Below are positions 20,718 to 30,389 of a stretch of DNA of 64,000 nt, piece after piece. The stretch is from a candidate division FCPU426 bacterium (GTDB lineage: Bacteria > Oederibacteriota > Muellerivitia > Muellerivitales > Muellerivitaceae): positions 160,001 to 224,000 of the forward strand of contig CAWCKJ010000003.1 of the NCBI GenBank assembly GCA_963796105.1, in the 5' to 3' direction. The notes below the pieces were generated by a model. That model saw only the letters and a list, made by a program, of their open reading frames with translations, made no database searches and was not told where the DNA came from. Numbering within the stretch: the stretch's first letter is position 1; the number at the start of each line of letters is the position of its first letter. A program made the translations under genes and the position numbers.

Positions 20718-22799
20718 GTGAAAGAAATGGAATATAAAGAAATCTTTCTTAATGAGGCGAGGGAATATTTGTCCAATCTCAATAACTCCCTCGTGATTTT
20801 AGAGAAGGATCCGAGCCAACAAGAGGCTATCCGGGAAATATTCCGTGTCGCCCATACCTTGAAAAGCATGTCCGCGACCATGGGCTACGAGCCCATGTCT
20901 AGGCTCACGCACCAAATAGAATCCGTCATGGAACCCATCCGTTCGGGCTTGAAACCCCTTTCCCCCAAATTGGTTGACGCTCTTTTTATCTGTTTGGACC
21001 AACTTGAGGCTTGGGTCAAGGCCCTCGAGACCCAGGATGAGATTATTGAGGAGGGCTTGGAAGAAAAAATCAAAATGCTCGCGGATAACGGCGGGGAAAA
21101 CCCCGTTGACTTTTTCCCGGCAACCGAGGAAACGCGCCCCCTTAAGGAAACTGATCTTTTCAAATTAACAGAGTCCGAGGAGGAAGTTATCTCCCAAGCG
21201 CGGATGAGCGGTTTTTACGTTTACCAGATTAAAATCGAGCTGGACCCGGAATGCGTTTTTAAGGAAGCGAGGGCCTTTCTGGTGCTTCGGAATGTCAATG
21301 AACTCGGCGAAATTGTCAAATCCAGCCCCTCGTCGAAGGACTTGGAAAAAGCCAAATTTGACAGGGAGTTTTATTTGATTGTGGTTTCGGAGAAGACCCA
21401 GGAAATAATGAAAAGCGCGATCATGGGAATTTCTGAAATTCGGCAAGTGTTTGTTGGGGAATACCATCCCGGGTTGAAAACCGAGAGGGGGGATTCGCTT
21501 CACGATGCGGAGTTATCCCGCAAAGATATCAAGCGTGATGACGCCCATTTGCCTGAGGAAAAATCGTTCAATCTTCCCACTGTCAGGGTCCACACGTCAA
21601 AATTGGACAAACTCATGGCTCTCGTCCAGGAACTCATGATCTCGAAAAGCCGTTTTGAGCAAATTATCCATACACGGGATTTGAAAGAACTCAATGACCC
21701 CCTCTCCAGGTTAAGCTTTGTCACCGATGAGCTGCAGGATGAAATCATGAAAGTGAGGCTCATCCCGGTGAAACATATTTTTGAGAGGTTTCCCCGCATG
21801 GTCCGGGACCTGTCGAAAACCCTCGACAAAAAAATAAACCTGGAAATCGAGGGCGCGGAAGTGGAGCTGGACCGCTCCGTCATCGACGAAATCAGCGAAC
21901 CCATCGTTCACTTGCTTCGTAACGCCATCGACCATGGCATCGAGAATTCTGAGGTGCGAATCAAGGAAAGGAAAGAGGCTTTTGGCACTATCCGTCTTCA
22001 AGCCAAGCGGGACCGGTCTTATGTGGTCATTTCCGTGACCGATGATGGAAGAGGGATCGATCCGGAAAAGGTGCGCCTGACCTCTATCGCCAAGGGGCTG
22101 GTCTCGGCGGAAGAGGCCGGCAAAATGACCGACGAGGAGGCCCTGCGGTTGATCTGTCTCCCGGGCTTTTCCACGGTGGAAAATCCCACGGAGATCTCGG
22201 GGCGCGGAGTCGGGGTGGAAGTCGCCAAAACCAGGGTGGAGGCGATGGGAGGGAGTTTCAAGATCATCAGCCGGAAAAACCAGGGAACCACAATGATTCT
22301 CCGCTTCCCGTTGACTTTAGCTATCATCAAGGTCCTATTCGTGAAATGCCTCGAGGAAACATTCGCGATCCCGGTCGCGAGCGTAGTGGAAACGATTGAT
22401 TTGACCCAGGCGGAAATTAAGGTCGTGCAGCAGCAGGAAACATTTGTCCTGAGGGACGAAGTCATCCCTATATACCAGCTTTACGAATTGCTGGATTTGG
22501 ACGGGAAATCCGCCGCCAAAGAGCCGGCTGAATATGAGTCCCTTATAGTCGTGGAGGTGGGAGACTCAAGAATCGGCATTAAGGTTGACCTTGTTTTGGG
22601 CCAGCAAGAAGTTGCTATAAAATCGCTGGATAAGACTTTAAAGGGCATCAGGGGATATTCCGGGGCGACTATTTTAGGGAATGGGAGAATCGCCCTCGTT
22701 TTAGACGTGAACGGGTTAGTGGAAGACCTTAAGGATCGGCGGCTCAGGCTGGAATTCCCATTGCTTAAGAAAGGAGACTCCCATGCTGCCCAATCTTGA
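20718..22799 (+). CDS. cheA: Histidine kinase CheA
   Basis: HPt FRVAHTLKSMS, P2 domain, HLLRNAIDHG, DDGRG, GRGVG, C-terminal CheW domain. Confidence 0.97.
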   Translation: MKEMEYKEIFLNEAREYLSNLNNSLVILEKDPSQQEAIREIFRVAHTLKSMSATMGYEPMSRLTHQIESVMEPIRSGLKPLSPKLVDALFICLDQLEAWVKALETQDEIIEEGLEEKIKMLADNGGENPVDFFPATEETRPLKETDLFKLTESEEEVISQARMSGFYVYQIKIELDPECVFKEARAFLVLRNVNELGEIVKSSPSSKDLEKAKFDREFYLIVVSEKTQEIMKSAIMGISEIRQVFVGEYHPGLKTERGDSLHDAELSRKDIKRDDAHLPEEKSFNLPTVRVHTSKLDKLMALVQELMISKSRFEQIIHTRDLKELNDPLSRLSFVTDELQDEIMKVRLIPVKHIFERFPRMVRDLSKTLDKKINLEIEGAEVELDRSVIDEISEPIVHLLRNAIDHGIENSEVRIKERKEAFGTIRLQAKRDRSYVVISVTDDGRGIDPEKVRLTSIAKGLVSAEEAGKMTDEEALRLICLPGFSTVENPTEISGRGVGVEVAKTRVEAMGGSFKIISRKNQGTTMILRFPLTLAIIKVLFVKCLEETFAIPVASVVETIDLTQAEIKVVQQQETFVLRDEVIPIYQLYELLDLDGKSAAKEPAEYESLIVVEVGDSRIGIKVDLVLGQQEVAIKSLDKTLKGIRGYSGATILGNGRIALVLDVNGLVEDLKDRRLRLEFPLLKKGDSHAAQS

Positions 22800-23397
22800 T
22801 GACTTGACTTTGGCCCAGCTGGACGCGTTGAAGGAAGTCGGCAATATAGGCGCGGGCCATGGAGCGACAGCCCTATCCCAGCTCCTGCGTAAAAAAATAT
22901 TGATTACGGTCCCCAAGGCGAATGTCCTGCCGATCGAGGATGTGCCGAAATTAATGGGGGATCCCAATACCCTGGTGGCCGGCTTGATCTTGAATATTCT
23001 CGGCGACGCGACCGGTAAGATCATTCTTTTGTTCCCCCGGGACTCGGCCCTGCATTTGGCGGATTTGCTGTTAAAACAGGAAATCGGGACAAGCATGATC
23101 CTGACCGAAATGGGGCACTCCGCCATCAAGGAGGCCGGGAATATCCTTACGGGGGCTTACTTAAGCGCGTTAAACGAGTTTTTGGGAATGCTCTTGTTGA
23201 TTTCCGTTCCCACCCTGGTGTTTGACATGGCTGGGGCTCTTTTGAGAACCATCACCCAGGGGATGGAAGATGTCACGAAAGTCATTTGCATAGAAACCCA
23301 ATTTATTGACGCGAACGAGGTGGTGGCGGGATATTTTATTTTGGCCCCGGACGCGACATCCTTGAGGGCCATATTCCAGGCCATAAAGCTGAAATAA
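22783..23397 (+). CDS. cheC: CheC phosphatase (second copy)
   Basis: DALKEVGNIGAG and SAIKEAGNIL. Confidence 0.93.
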   Translation: MLPNLDDLTLAQLDALKEVGNIGAGHGATALSQLLRKKILITVPKANVLPIEDVPKLMGDPNTLVAGLILNILGDATGKIILLFPRDSALHLADLLLKQEIGTSMILTEMGHSAIKEAGNILTGAYLSALNEFLGMLLLISVPTLVFDMAGALLRTITQGMEDVTKVICIETQFIDANEVVAGYFILAPDATSLRAIFQAIKLK

Positions 23398-23623
23398 ACT
23401 TTTTTCACGGTATTCCTAAAAATTTATTCTTAGACTGATGGAAATAAAGGGTTTATGAATGTTTTATATATTCAATCATCTTGAGCCATTTCAATTTCAC
23501 GCTTTTTAAATTAAACTCAAATTCAATAAACGAAAACACGATTCACCGGTAATTCATTGTTATGATTTTAAAAATATTTCGCGCGCGATCAAGCATTCAG
23601 GATCAATAAACCAGAAGGCATTC

Positions 23624-24706
23624 ATGATCTCCAACCAAATCATAGCGGCAAAAATCCAAATGTCCTTGAATCAATCAAAGTTGAATAGGACCCATTTAGT
23701 ATCCTGCTGCAGGGAAATTCTTGATAATTTCAAGTTCGACAGTGTTTTTCTTTGCCACTCCCCTTCGCCTGAGGCCGAATTGAAAAAAATCGCTTTTGAG
23801 GGCAAGGAAGAGATCATGGACGCCTGTATTTACCGCCTGGGAGTGGAAGAAAGGCTGGCCTTGACGAGGCTTTCGTATAAGACCTACACGGATATTACCG
23901 GAAAGCCCCTGTTCAATAAATCGGGGTCATTGAGGATTCAAAAACCCAACAGCGGGATTTACTTGGTCCATTTTCAGCCCAATAAGGATTTTTTAATATT
24001 CGGCTGCGCTCACCAGGAGCCGAGGACTTATGACTCATCCATCCTGAACGACTTGATCAGCGTTTGGAACTCGACAAAAGAAGGTTTGTGCGACGCGGCG
24101 CGGAAGGTACAAGGCTTGCCGGCGGACAATATAAAAAACTCGAGTCCGAATCCCCCGGCCCAAACTACGCAGACGAATTTGGATTTGAAATTGCCTGCTC
24201 CGCCATCAAGCCCCTTGAAAAACAAGCACCGTAAACCAGCGCTTCTGGTGGATGAGGTCACTAAACTGTTCAACAAGGATTATTTTGAGGATTGCCTGGC
24301 CATCGAGGTGGAAAGGGCGAAAAGGTACTCCAGGAATCTCAGCCTTTTGTTTTTAAGCGTGACGCCTTTGAGTCAAACGGCCCAAAACGAGAATGAAATA
24401 GCCCTTCAAATTTCGGAGATCCTTTCCCTGAGCCTGCGCCGGGTGGACGTGATTTGCAGGCTGGAAAAAAACAAATACGCCTTGATATTGCCTGATACCT
24501 CCACCAGTACCTATGGGACCATCGCGAAGCGTATTTTCAAGCATTTCAAGGAGGTGATGGGGGCAACCCCTCCCGTGTTCATCAACGTCAGCGCGTCGTC
24601 CTACCCGAAACACGCCGATAATCACCTCTCCTTGCTGCAAAATACCGAAAAACTTTTAACTCAGGCTAGAACCGCGGGCCCGAATAAGGCGGTCCTGCCG
24701 GAATAA
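23624..24706 (+). CDS. Degenerate GGDEF-domain protein with N-terminal GAF-like region
   Basis: DEVTKLFNKDYF..EVERAKRY; LRRVDVICRLEKNKY has the RxxD I-site but EKNKY in place of GGDEF. Confidence 0.8.
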   Translation: MISNQIIAAKIQMSLNQSKLNRTHLVSCCREILDNFKFDSVFLCHSPSPEAELKKIAFEGKEEIMDACIYRLGVEERLALTRLSYKTYTDITGKPLFNKSGSLRIQKPNSGIYLVHFQPNKDFLIFGCAHQEPRTYDSSILNDLISVWNSTKEGLCDAARKVQGLPADNIKNSSPNPPAQTTQTNLDLKLPAPPSSPLKNKHRKPALLVDEVTKLFNKDYFEDCLAIEVERAKRYSRNLSLLFLSVTPLSQTAQNENEIALQISEILSLSLRRVDVICRLEKNKYALILPDTSTSTYGTIAKRIFKHFKEVMGATPPVFINVSASSYPKHADNHLSLLQNTEKLLTQARTAGPNKAVLPE

Positions 24707-24740
24707 CGGGTTTTATGGAAAAATCCAAGGATTTTAGGAT

Positions 24741-25853
24741 ATGGATCATCGTCAAGTTCTTCTCGCGCTTCACCTGACTGGGGTTGTGGGTCCCAGAAGG
24801 TTGCGCTCCTTAAAAGAATCCTTCGAGAATCTCGAGGACGTATTCGGGGTCTCCGAGGAAAAACTCTTATCCCTCCAGGATTGGATCCCCTCCGCCGCGA
24901 AAAAACTCCTGAGCTTAAAAAACCCGGAAGAACGGGTGGAGCGGGAATTAAAAGAGGCGGATGAAAATCAAGTGGATGTGGTTGTGGAAGGGGAGGATGA
25001 TTTTCCCAAAACATACGAGAATCTTTATGATCCCCCTTTTGTTTTATGGAGGAAGGGCCGGTACCAGCCGGAGGACGTGAACGCGGTCGGGGTGGTGGGA
25101 TGCCGGAAACCCTCGCCCTATGGAAGACACGCGGCTCTTCATCTTTCTGAGGGCATCGCGCGGGCCGGTTACACGGTGGTTTCAGGCTTGGCGAGGGGCA
25201 TCGACTCCTTCTCGCATATCGGGGCCTTGAGATACCCAAGGGGAAGAACGATCGCCTTCTTGGGGAGCGGCCTTTTGAACCTATATCCACCTGAGAACGA
25301 CAAGCTGGCCTCGGAAATCATTGAACGCGGGGCCCTATTCAGCGAATACCCCCTGCGCTCAAAACCGCTCGCGCTTCATTTCCCACAGCGAAACCGACTC
25401 ATCAGCGGGGCCTCCCGGGGGGTTGTGGTGGTGGAGGCAAAGAAGGACAGCGGGACTTTCATCACCGTGGACCATGCCATTGACCAGGGAAGGCCTGTTT
25501 TCGCTGTGCCCGGCCCCATTGATCATCCCCAATCCGAGGGGACCCATTCCTTGATCCAGCAGGGCGCGAAACTCGTCACCTGCGTCGAGGATATTTTGCA
25601 CGAGTTCCAGGACCGCAAGGCTGAGGCGCTTTACCGGTCGCGAAAAACGAGTGAAACCCCGCAAGCCTCGTTGAATGACCTGGCCGGGGATGAGAAGTTA
25701 GTTTTGGAAAAAATCTCGCACAATCCAACGCATGTCGATTCATTGGCGAGGGAATCACAGCTCCCTTTAAGAAAACTGAATGAACTGCTTTTAATGTTGG
25801 AAATGAAGGGTTTTATTCAACAAACCCCCGGTCATTGTTATTTCAGAATTTAA
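24741..25853 (+). CDS. dprA: DNA-processing protein DprA
   Basis: VSGLARGID, FPQRNRLISG, VFAVPG, C-terminal winged helix. Confidence 0.96.
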   Translation: MDHRQVLLALHLTGVVGPRRLRSLKESFENLEDVFGVSEEKLLSLQDWIPSAAKKLLSLKNPEERVERELKEADENQVDVVVEGEDDFPKTYENLYDPPFVLWRKGRYQPEDVNAVGVVGCRKPSPYGRHAALHLSEGIARAGYTVVSGLARGIDSFSHIGALRYPRGRTIAFLGSGLLNLYPPENDKLASEIIERGALFSEYPLRSKPLALHFPQRNRLISGASRGVVVVEAKKDSGTFITVDHAIDQGRPVFAVPGPIDHPQSEGTHSLIQQGAKLVTCVEDILHEFQDRKAEALYRSRKTSETPQASLNDLAGDEKLVLEKISHNPTHVDSLARESQLPLRKLNELLLMLEMKGFIQQTPGHCYFRI

Positions 25854-25914
25854 AAAATATATTTACCCCGGATATAAATTTCATTCCAGTCTGACCCTCC
25901 TTTTTCCCGGAAAC

Positions 25915-25943
25915 TTGACAAAATCTTGACCAGTGCCTATTCT
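25915..25943 (+). promoter_or_regulatory. Sigma70-type promoter of topA
   Basis: TTGACA-17 bp-TATTCT. Confidence 0.6.
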
Positions 25944-26003
25944 TGCCCTTCAAAAGGGACCCCGGAAAATCCCCGCTAATAAATAAAAATTCAGGAACAC
26001 TTC

Positions 26004-28349
26004 GTGACAAAAGCGAAAAAAGTAAAAAAAGTCTCAATGAAAAAATTGGTGATTGTCGAGTCGCCTTCCAAGGCCAAGACCATCAATAAGTATCTCGGGT
26101 CCGATTTTTTAGTTTTAGCGTCCAAGGGCCACTTGATTGACCTTCCTAAAAGCAAGCTGGGCGTCGATTTGGAAAATAATTTCGAGCCCCTTTACATCAA
26201 CATCCGCGGTAAAGCCCCCATTATCAATGAGCTCAAAAAAGCCTCCCAAAAAGCCTCTGTCGTCTATCTCGCGACGGACCCCGACCGGGAGGGGGAAGCC
26301 ATTGGATGGCACATCAAGAACTTTTTATCCGCGTTAGCCATCACGCCCCCCATGTACAGGCTCCGCTTGAATGAGATCACCAAGAACGCCATCGAGGCCG
26401 CGATCGAGAAACCTGATGAGATGAACATGAATATGGTCAACGCCCAGCAAGCCAGGCGGGTGTTGGACCGGTTGGTGGGTTACGGCATTTCTCCCATACT
26501 TCAAAGCACTATCCGCAGAGGCCTTTCAGCCGGCCGCGTCCAATCCGTCGCCCTTCGGCTTATCTACGAGCGGGAAAAGGAGATCGAGGGTTTCAAGCCT
26601 GTCGAGTATTGGAGCCTGGAAGCCGATTTCTTGACAGACGATGGAAGACTCATCCGGACCAAGCTTTCCAAGGTGAACGGTGAAAAGCCGGACTTGAAGA
26701 CGCAGGAGGAAACCCTCAACCTGATCAAGCGTTTGGAGGGGGTTGATTTCAAGGTTTCTGCTGTTCTTCACCGGGAGAAATCAAAAAAACCGCCCATGCC
26801 TTTCACGACCTCCAAACTCCAGCAAGAGTCCTATAAAAGGCTTCATTTTGGAGCCCGAAAAACCATGTCAATCGCCCAGGGTTTGTATGAGGGTGTGGAA
26901 ATAGGGGAATCGGGGCCTGTTGGCCTTATCACTTATATGAGGACGGACTCCCGCCGGCTCTCGCCTGAATTCAAGGCGGAAACATCAAAATATATAGGCG
27001 AAACCTACGGCGAGAAATACCTGGGACCCGGCGACCGGGATACCTCCAGCAAGGGAAAGATCCAGGACGCCCATGAGGCCATACGGCCCACGTCCATCTA
27101 TAGAAGCCCGGATAAAATGAAGCCATTCCTGACCCCGGAACAATTCAAGCTTTACCAGCTGATTTGGGAGGATTGTTTGGCTAGCCAGATGGCTAACGCG
27201 CTTTACCGGGAAACCACTATTGAAATAAGCGGCGGGGAAGCCCTTTTCCGGGCGACCGGCACCGAGACTCTTTTTGAGGGTTTCACCAAGGTTTATGAGG
27301 AAGCCGCCGATGAGGATAAGAAGCCTGAGAATTCGGAGGCTGATGAGACTGAAGAGGTAAACCCAAACAAGCTATCGGGAATTGAGGAAGGGCAGGATAT
27401 GGAGTGGAAAGAACCCATACCTCAACAGCATTTCACCCAGCCTCCCCCCAGGTTTACTGACGCCTCCATGGTGAAAACTTTGGAAGAGCTGGGGATCGGA
27501 AGGCCTTCCACCTACGCCCCCACGCTTGAAACCATCCAAGCCCGGCACTACGTTAAAAAAGATGGCGGAAGGTTTTTCCTGGAGGAATTGGGAAACCTGG
27601 TATTGGGCCTTTTGCTGAAAAATTTCCCTCAAATTTTGGAATACGCCTTTACCGCCAAAATGGAATCGGAATTGGACCAGGTGGAATCGGGCGACAAGGA
27701 ATGGCGGAAAATCATCGGGGAATTTTACGAGCCCTTCAAGGGAACCTTGGCTGAGGCCGAGAAATTAATGGGCGAGGAGAAATCGAAAATCGAGCAGGTG
27801 ACGGATATCCCCTGCGAAAAATGCGGCCAACCCATGATCGTGAAGTGGGGGCGGCACGGCAAATTCCTCGCTTGCTCAAAATATCCCGAGTGCCAGTCCA
27901 CCAAAAGCCTGAAGGAGACCTCCGATGGCTCCATTCAAGTGGATACGGACGTTATAACTAACGAGAAATGCCCGAAATGCGAAAGCCCTATGGTCGTCAA
28001 AATGGGACGGTTCGGGAAGTTCCTGGCTTGCTCGAAGTACCCGGAATGCAAGACGGCCAAGCCCATCTCCCTCAATATCCCGTGCCCGCTGGGCTGCGGG
28101 GGGGAAGTGGTGACCCGGCGCGCGTTCAGGGGCACGGTATTTTACGGTTGCAACAAATACCCCGCCTGCCAATTCCGCTCCTGGAACAAGCCGGTCCTTC
28201 GGCCTTGCCCGCAATGCAACAACCCTTTTCTGGTGGAAAAATACACAAAGACACTAGGGGCCCATATTTCCTGCCCGAACAAGGAATGCGAATATAAGGA
28301 ATTTCCGAAAACAGAGGAAGGCCCTGTCGCCCAGCCCACCGCTACGTAA
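26004..28349 (+). CDS. topA: DNA topoisomerase I with C-terminal zinc ribbons (start may be ATG 26037)
   Basis: IVESPSKAKTI, ATDPDREGE, SAGRVQS, LITYMRTDS, GIGRPSTY, C4 ribbons. Confidence 0.98.
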   Translation: MTKAKKVKKVSMKKLVIVESPSKAKTINKYLGSDFLVLASKGHLIDLPKSKLGVDLENNFEPLYINIRGKAPIINELKKASQKASVVYLATDPDREGEAIGWHIKNFLSALAITPPMYRLRLNEITKNAIEAAIEKPDEMNMNMVNAQQARRVLDRLVGYGISPILQSTIRRGLSAGRVQSVALRLIYEREKEIEGFKPVEYWSLEADFLTDDGRLIRTKLSKVNGEKPDLKTQEETLNLIKRLEGVDFKVSAVLHREKSKKPPMPFTTSKLQQESYKRLHFGARKTMSIAQGLYEGVEIGESGPVGLITYMRTDSRRLSPEFKAETSKYIGETYGEKYLGPGDRDTSSKGKIQDAHEAIRPTSIYRSPDKMKPFLTPEQFKLYQLIWEDCLASQMANALYRETTIEISGGEALFRATGTETLFEGFTKVYEEAADEDKKPENSEADETEEVNPNKLSGIEEGQDMEWKEPIPQQHFTQPPPRFTDASMVKTLEELGIGRPSTYAPTLETIQARHYVKKDGGRFFLEELGNLVLGLLLKNFPQILEYAFTAKMESELDQVESGDKEWRKIIGEFYEPFKGTLAEAEKLMGEEKSKIEQVTDIPCEKCGQPMIVKWGRHGKFLACSKYPECQSTKSLKETSDGSIQVDTDVITNEKCPKCESPMVVKMGRFGKFLACSKYPECKTAKPISLNIPCPLGCGGEVVTRRAFRGTVFYGCNKYPACQFRSWNKPVLRPCPQCNNPFLVEKYTKTLGAHISCPNKECEYKEFPKTEEGPVAQPTAT

Positions 28350-28457
28350 CTGATTTAACAGCGGTTTCAGTGATCCGTTTAATGGATCGGTAAAAAACAA
28401 GAGTTAGATACATCAAGTGAAGAAGAAAAACCTTCGAGAACAAAGGTATTTTTGCCT

Positions 28458-28607
28458 GTCATTGCGAACCGCGAACTTTGCGGTGAAGCAACCTAAGTTC
28501 ATGGATGGTTTAAAGCTGTGGATTTTGCCAAGGGTAATAATTTTTTTTAAACTGGGGTTGCTTCGTCATAATCACCCCGCTATTCGCGGGGCATTTCTCG
28601 CAATGAC
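28458..28607. repeat. REP/REPIN-like nested palindromic element
   Basis: GTCATTGCGA / TCGCAATGAC outer arms, GAAGCAACC / GGTTGCTTC inner arms, a side hairpin in each arm. Confidence 0.8.
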
Positions 28608-28715
28608 GAAATAGTCGATACCCATGGGTTTTGAATTTCATCTAATTTTGAAGATGGTCCAAAATTTTAAGATATCTAGTTTTTACAAATAATTTTCGTT
28701 TTTTAAAGGCATGAC

Positions 28716-29579
28716 ATGAAAGACTCCATCCGGAAAGCCCAAATACTGGTTGAGGCTTTTCCTTACATCCGCCAATGGTTCGGGGCCACCGTGGTCGTAA
28801 AATACGGGGGCAGCACCCGCGCTGGGGCTGAGGAATTAAAGACAACCCTTCAAGACATTATTTTGATGAAGTTCGTCGGGATGAGGCCGGTCGTGGTCCA
28901 TGGGGGTGGAAAGGACATTACGCGCCTAACTGAAAAATTGGGAATCCATTCCCAATTCGTGGACGGACTGCGTGTTACTGATTTGCCGACCATGGAAGTG
29001 GTCGAGATGGTGCTCGGCGGAAAAATCAATAAAGAGTTGGTCAGCATGATCCACCATCTTGGCGGGCAAGCGGTCGGGCTGTCGGGGAAAGACGGCGCCA
29101 TGCTGGAGGCTTCCAGGGTGACCTCCAAAACCGGGAAAGATATCGGCTTTGTGGGAAAAGTCTCTAAGGTGAATACGGCCATATTAGAGATCCTGGATAA
29201 GGAGCAATTCATTCCCGTTATCGCACCCTTAGGGTTGGGAAAAGACGGCAACACTTATAACATCAACGCGGATGAGGCCGCAGGCGCAATCGCCGGGGCT
29301 TTGAAAGCCGCGAAACTAGTTTTTTTAACCGATGTTCCCGGCATCTGCAAGAATAAAGAAAACCCCAAAAGCCTCCTTTCAACCGTGAAAGTGAAGGATG
29401 TGGTAAAGCTCATCAAGTCGGGGGTGATTGAGGGGGGAATGATTCCGAAAGTAGAGGCTTGCCTTTCGGCCCTGAAGTCGGGGGTGAAGAAAACCCACAT
29501 TATCAACGGAACTCTTTCACACGCTTTATTATTGGAAATTTTCACCCCTGAGGGTGTTGGAACCGAAATAATACCGTAA
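28716..29579 (+). CDS. argB: Acetylglutamate kinase
   Basis: VVKYGG, VHGGG, GLRVT, YNINAD, GGMIPKV. Confidence 0.97.
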   Translation: MKDSIRKAQILVEAFPYIRQWFGATVVVKYGGSTRAGAEELKTTLQDIILMKFVGMRPVVVHGGGKDITRLTEKLGIHSQFVDGLRVTDLPTMEVVEMVLGGKINKELVSMIHHLGGQAVGLSGKDGAMLEASRVTSKTGKDIGFVGKVSKVNTAILEILDKEQFIPVIAPLGLGKDGNTYNINADEAAGAIAGALKAAKLVFLTDVPGICKNKENPKSLLSTVKVKDVVKLIKSGVIEGGMIPKVEACLSALKSGVKKTHIINGTLSHALLLEIFTPEGVGTEIIP

Positions 29580-29640
29580 CATTCCCGCAATCCCGGATTT
29601 ATTCAACCGCTTGATAGTTACCCGCCCTAAATTCTACCTG

Positions 29641-29682
29641 TGGTATAATCACGCTCGTGGCAAAATCTACAACAGGTTGAGG
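29641..29682 (+). promoter_or_regulatory. nrdR extended -10 plus possible NrdR box
   Basis: TGGTATAAT at 29641-29649; CTACAACAGGTTGAGG at 29667-29682 partly fits acaCwAtATaTwGtg. Confidence 0.5.
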
Positions 29683-29690
29683 TTCAAAAC

Positions 29691-30149
29691 ATGAAGTGCC
29701 CTTTCTGCGGACATCAAGAAGATAAAGTGATGGATTCAAGGCCCAGCAAAGGCGGGTCAGCGATCCGACGTAGGCGTGAATGCCTTAAATGCGAGAAACG
29801 CTTCACGACTTACGAGCAAATCGAGGAAATCCTTCCCATGGTCGTCAAGAGAGACGGCCGCCGTGAGCCTTTTGACCGTTTGAAGATCGTCGCCGGTATC
29901 AGAAAAGCGGTAGAGAAGCGGCCTGTTTCGTCCGAAAGGATCGAAGCTTTGGTTGATGATATCGAGAATAATCTCATGGAGAGGACAGCCAAGGAAATCA
30001 ATTCCACGGAAGTTGGCGAAATGGTGATCCGAAGACTGCAAGACCTGGATGACGTGGCCTACGTCCGCTTTGCCAGCGTTTACCGCCAATTCAAGGATAT
30101 CAACGCCTTTATGGACGAAGTCAAGAAACTCTTGGCACGACGATCCTGA
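29691..30149 (+). CDS. nrdR: Transcriptional repressor NrdR
   Basis: MKCPFC, IRRRREC..C..RFTTYE, ATP cone, [10 protein letters not shown]. Confidence 0.98.
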   Translation: MKCPFCGHQEDKVMDSRPSKGGSAIRRRRECLKCEKRFTTYEQIEEILPMVVKRDGRREPFDRLKIVAGIRKAVEKRPVSSERIEALVDDIENNLMERTAKEINSTEVGEMVIRRLQDLDDVAYVRFASVYRQFKDINAFMDEVKKLLARRS

Positions 30150-30389
30150 GTTATTCCCGCAATTTCAATTCTGTTTTTTTGATTACCTTAAAGGCACTAT
30201 CAATATTCATTGTCTTAACCGTGTGGCGCTTGCGCCCAATTAAGTTGCCGCTGGTTTTAAATTGTTAAACTATGTAGTTTCCCCTACAGGGTTTTTGTGG
30301 CTCCAAAGGAACCTGTGGTAATTTTTTTATTTATTAGTAGTTCTTATTCCGTTTAAATCTCATTTAAAACAAAATGAAAGGTTGATTCT

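Noticed and set aside
28417..28614. 65-aa ORF between topA and argB
   Set aside because: Coincides with the palindromic repeat; no recognisable protein features
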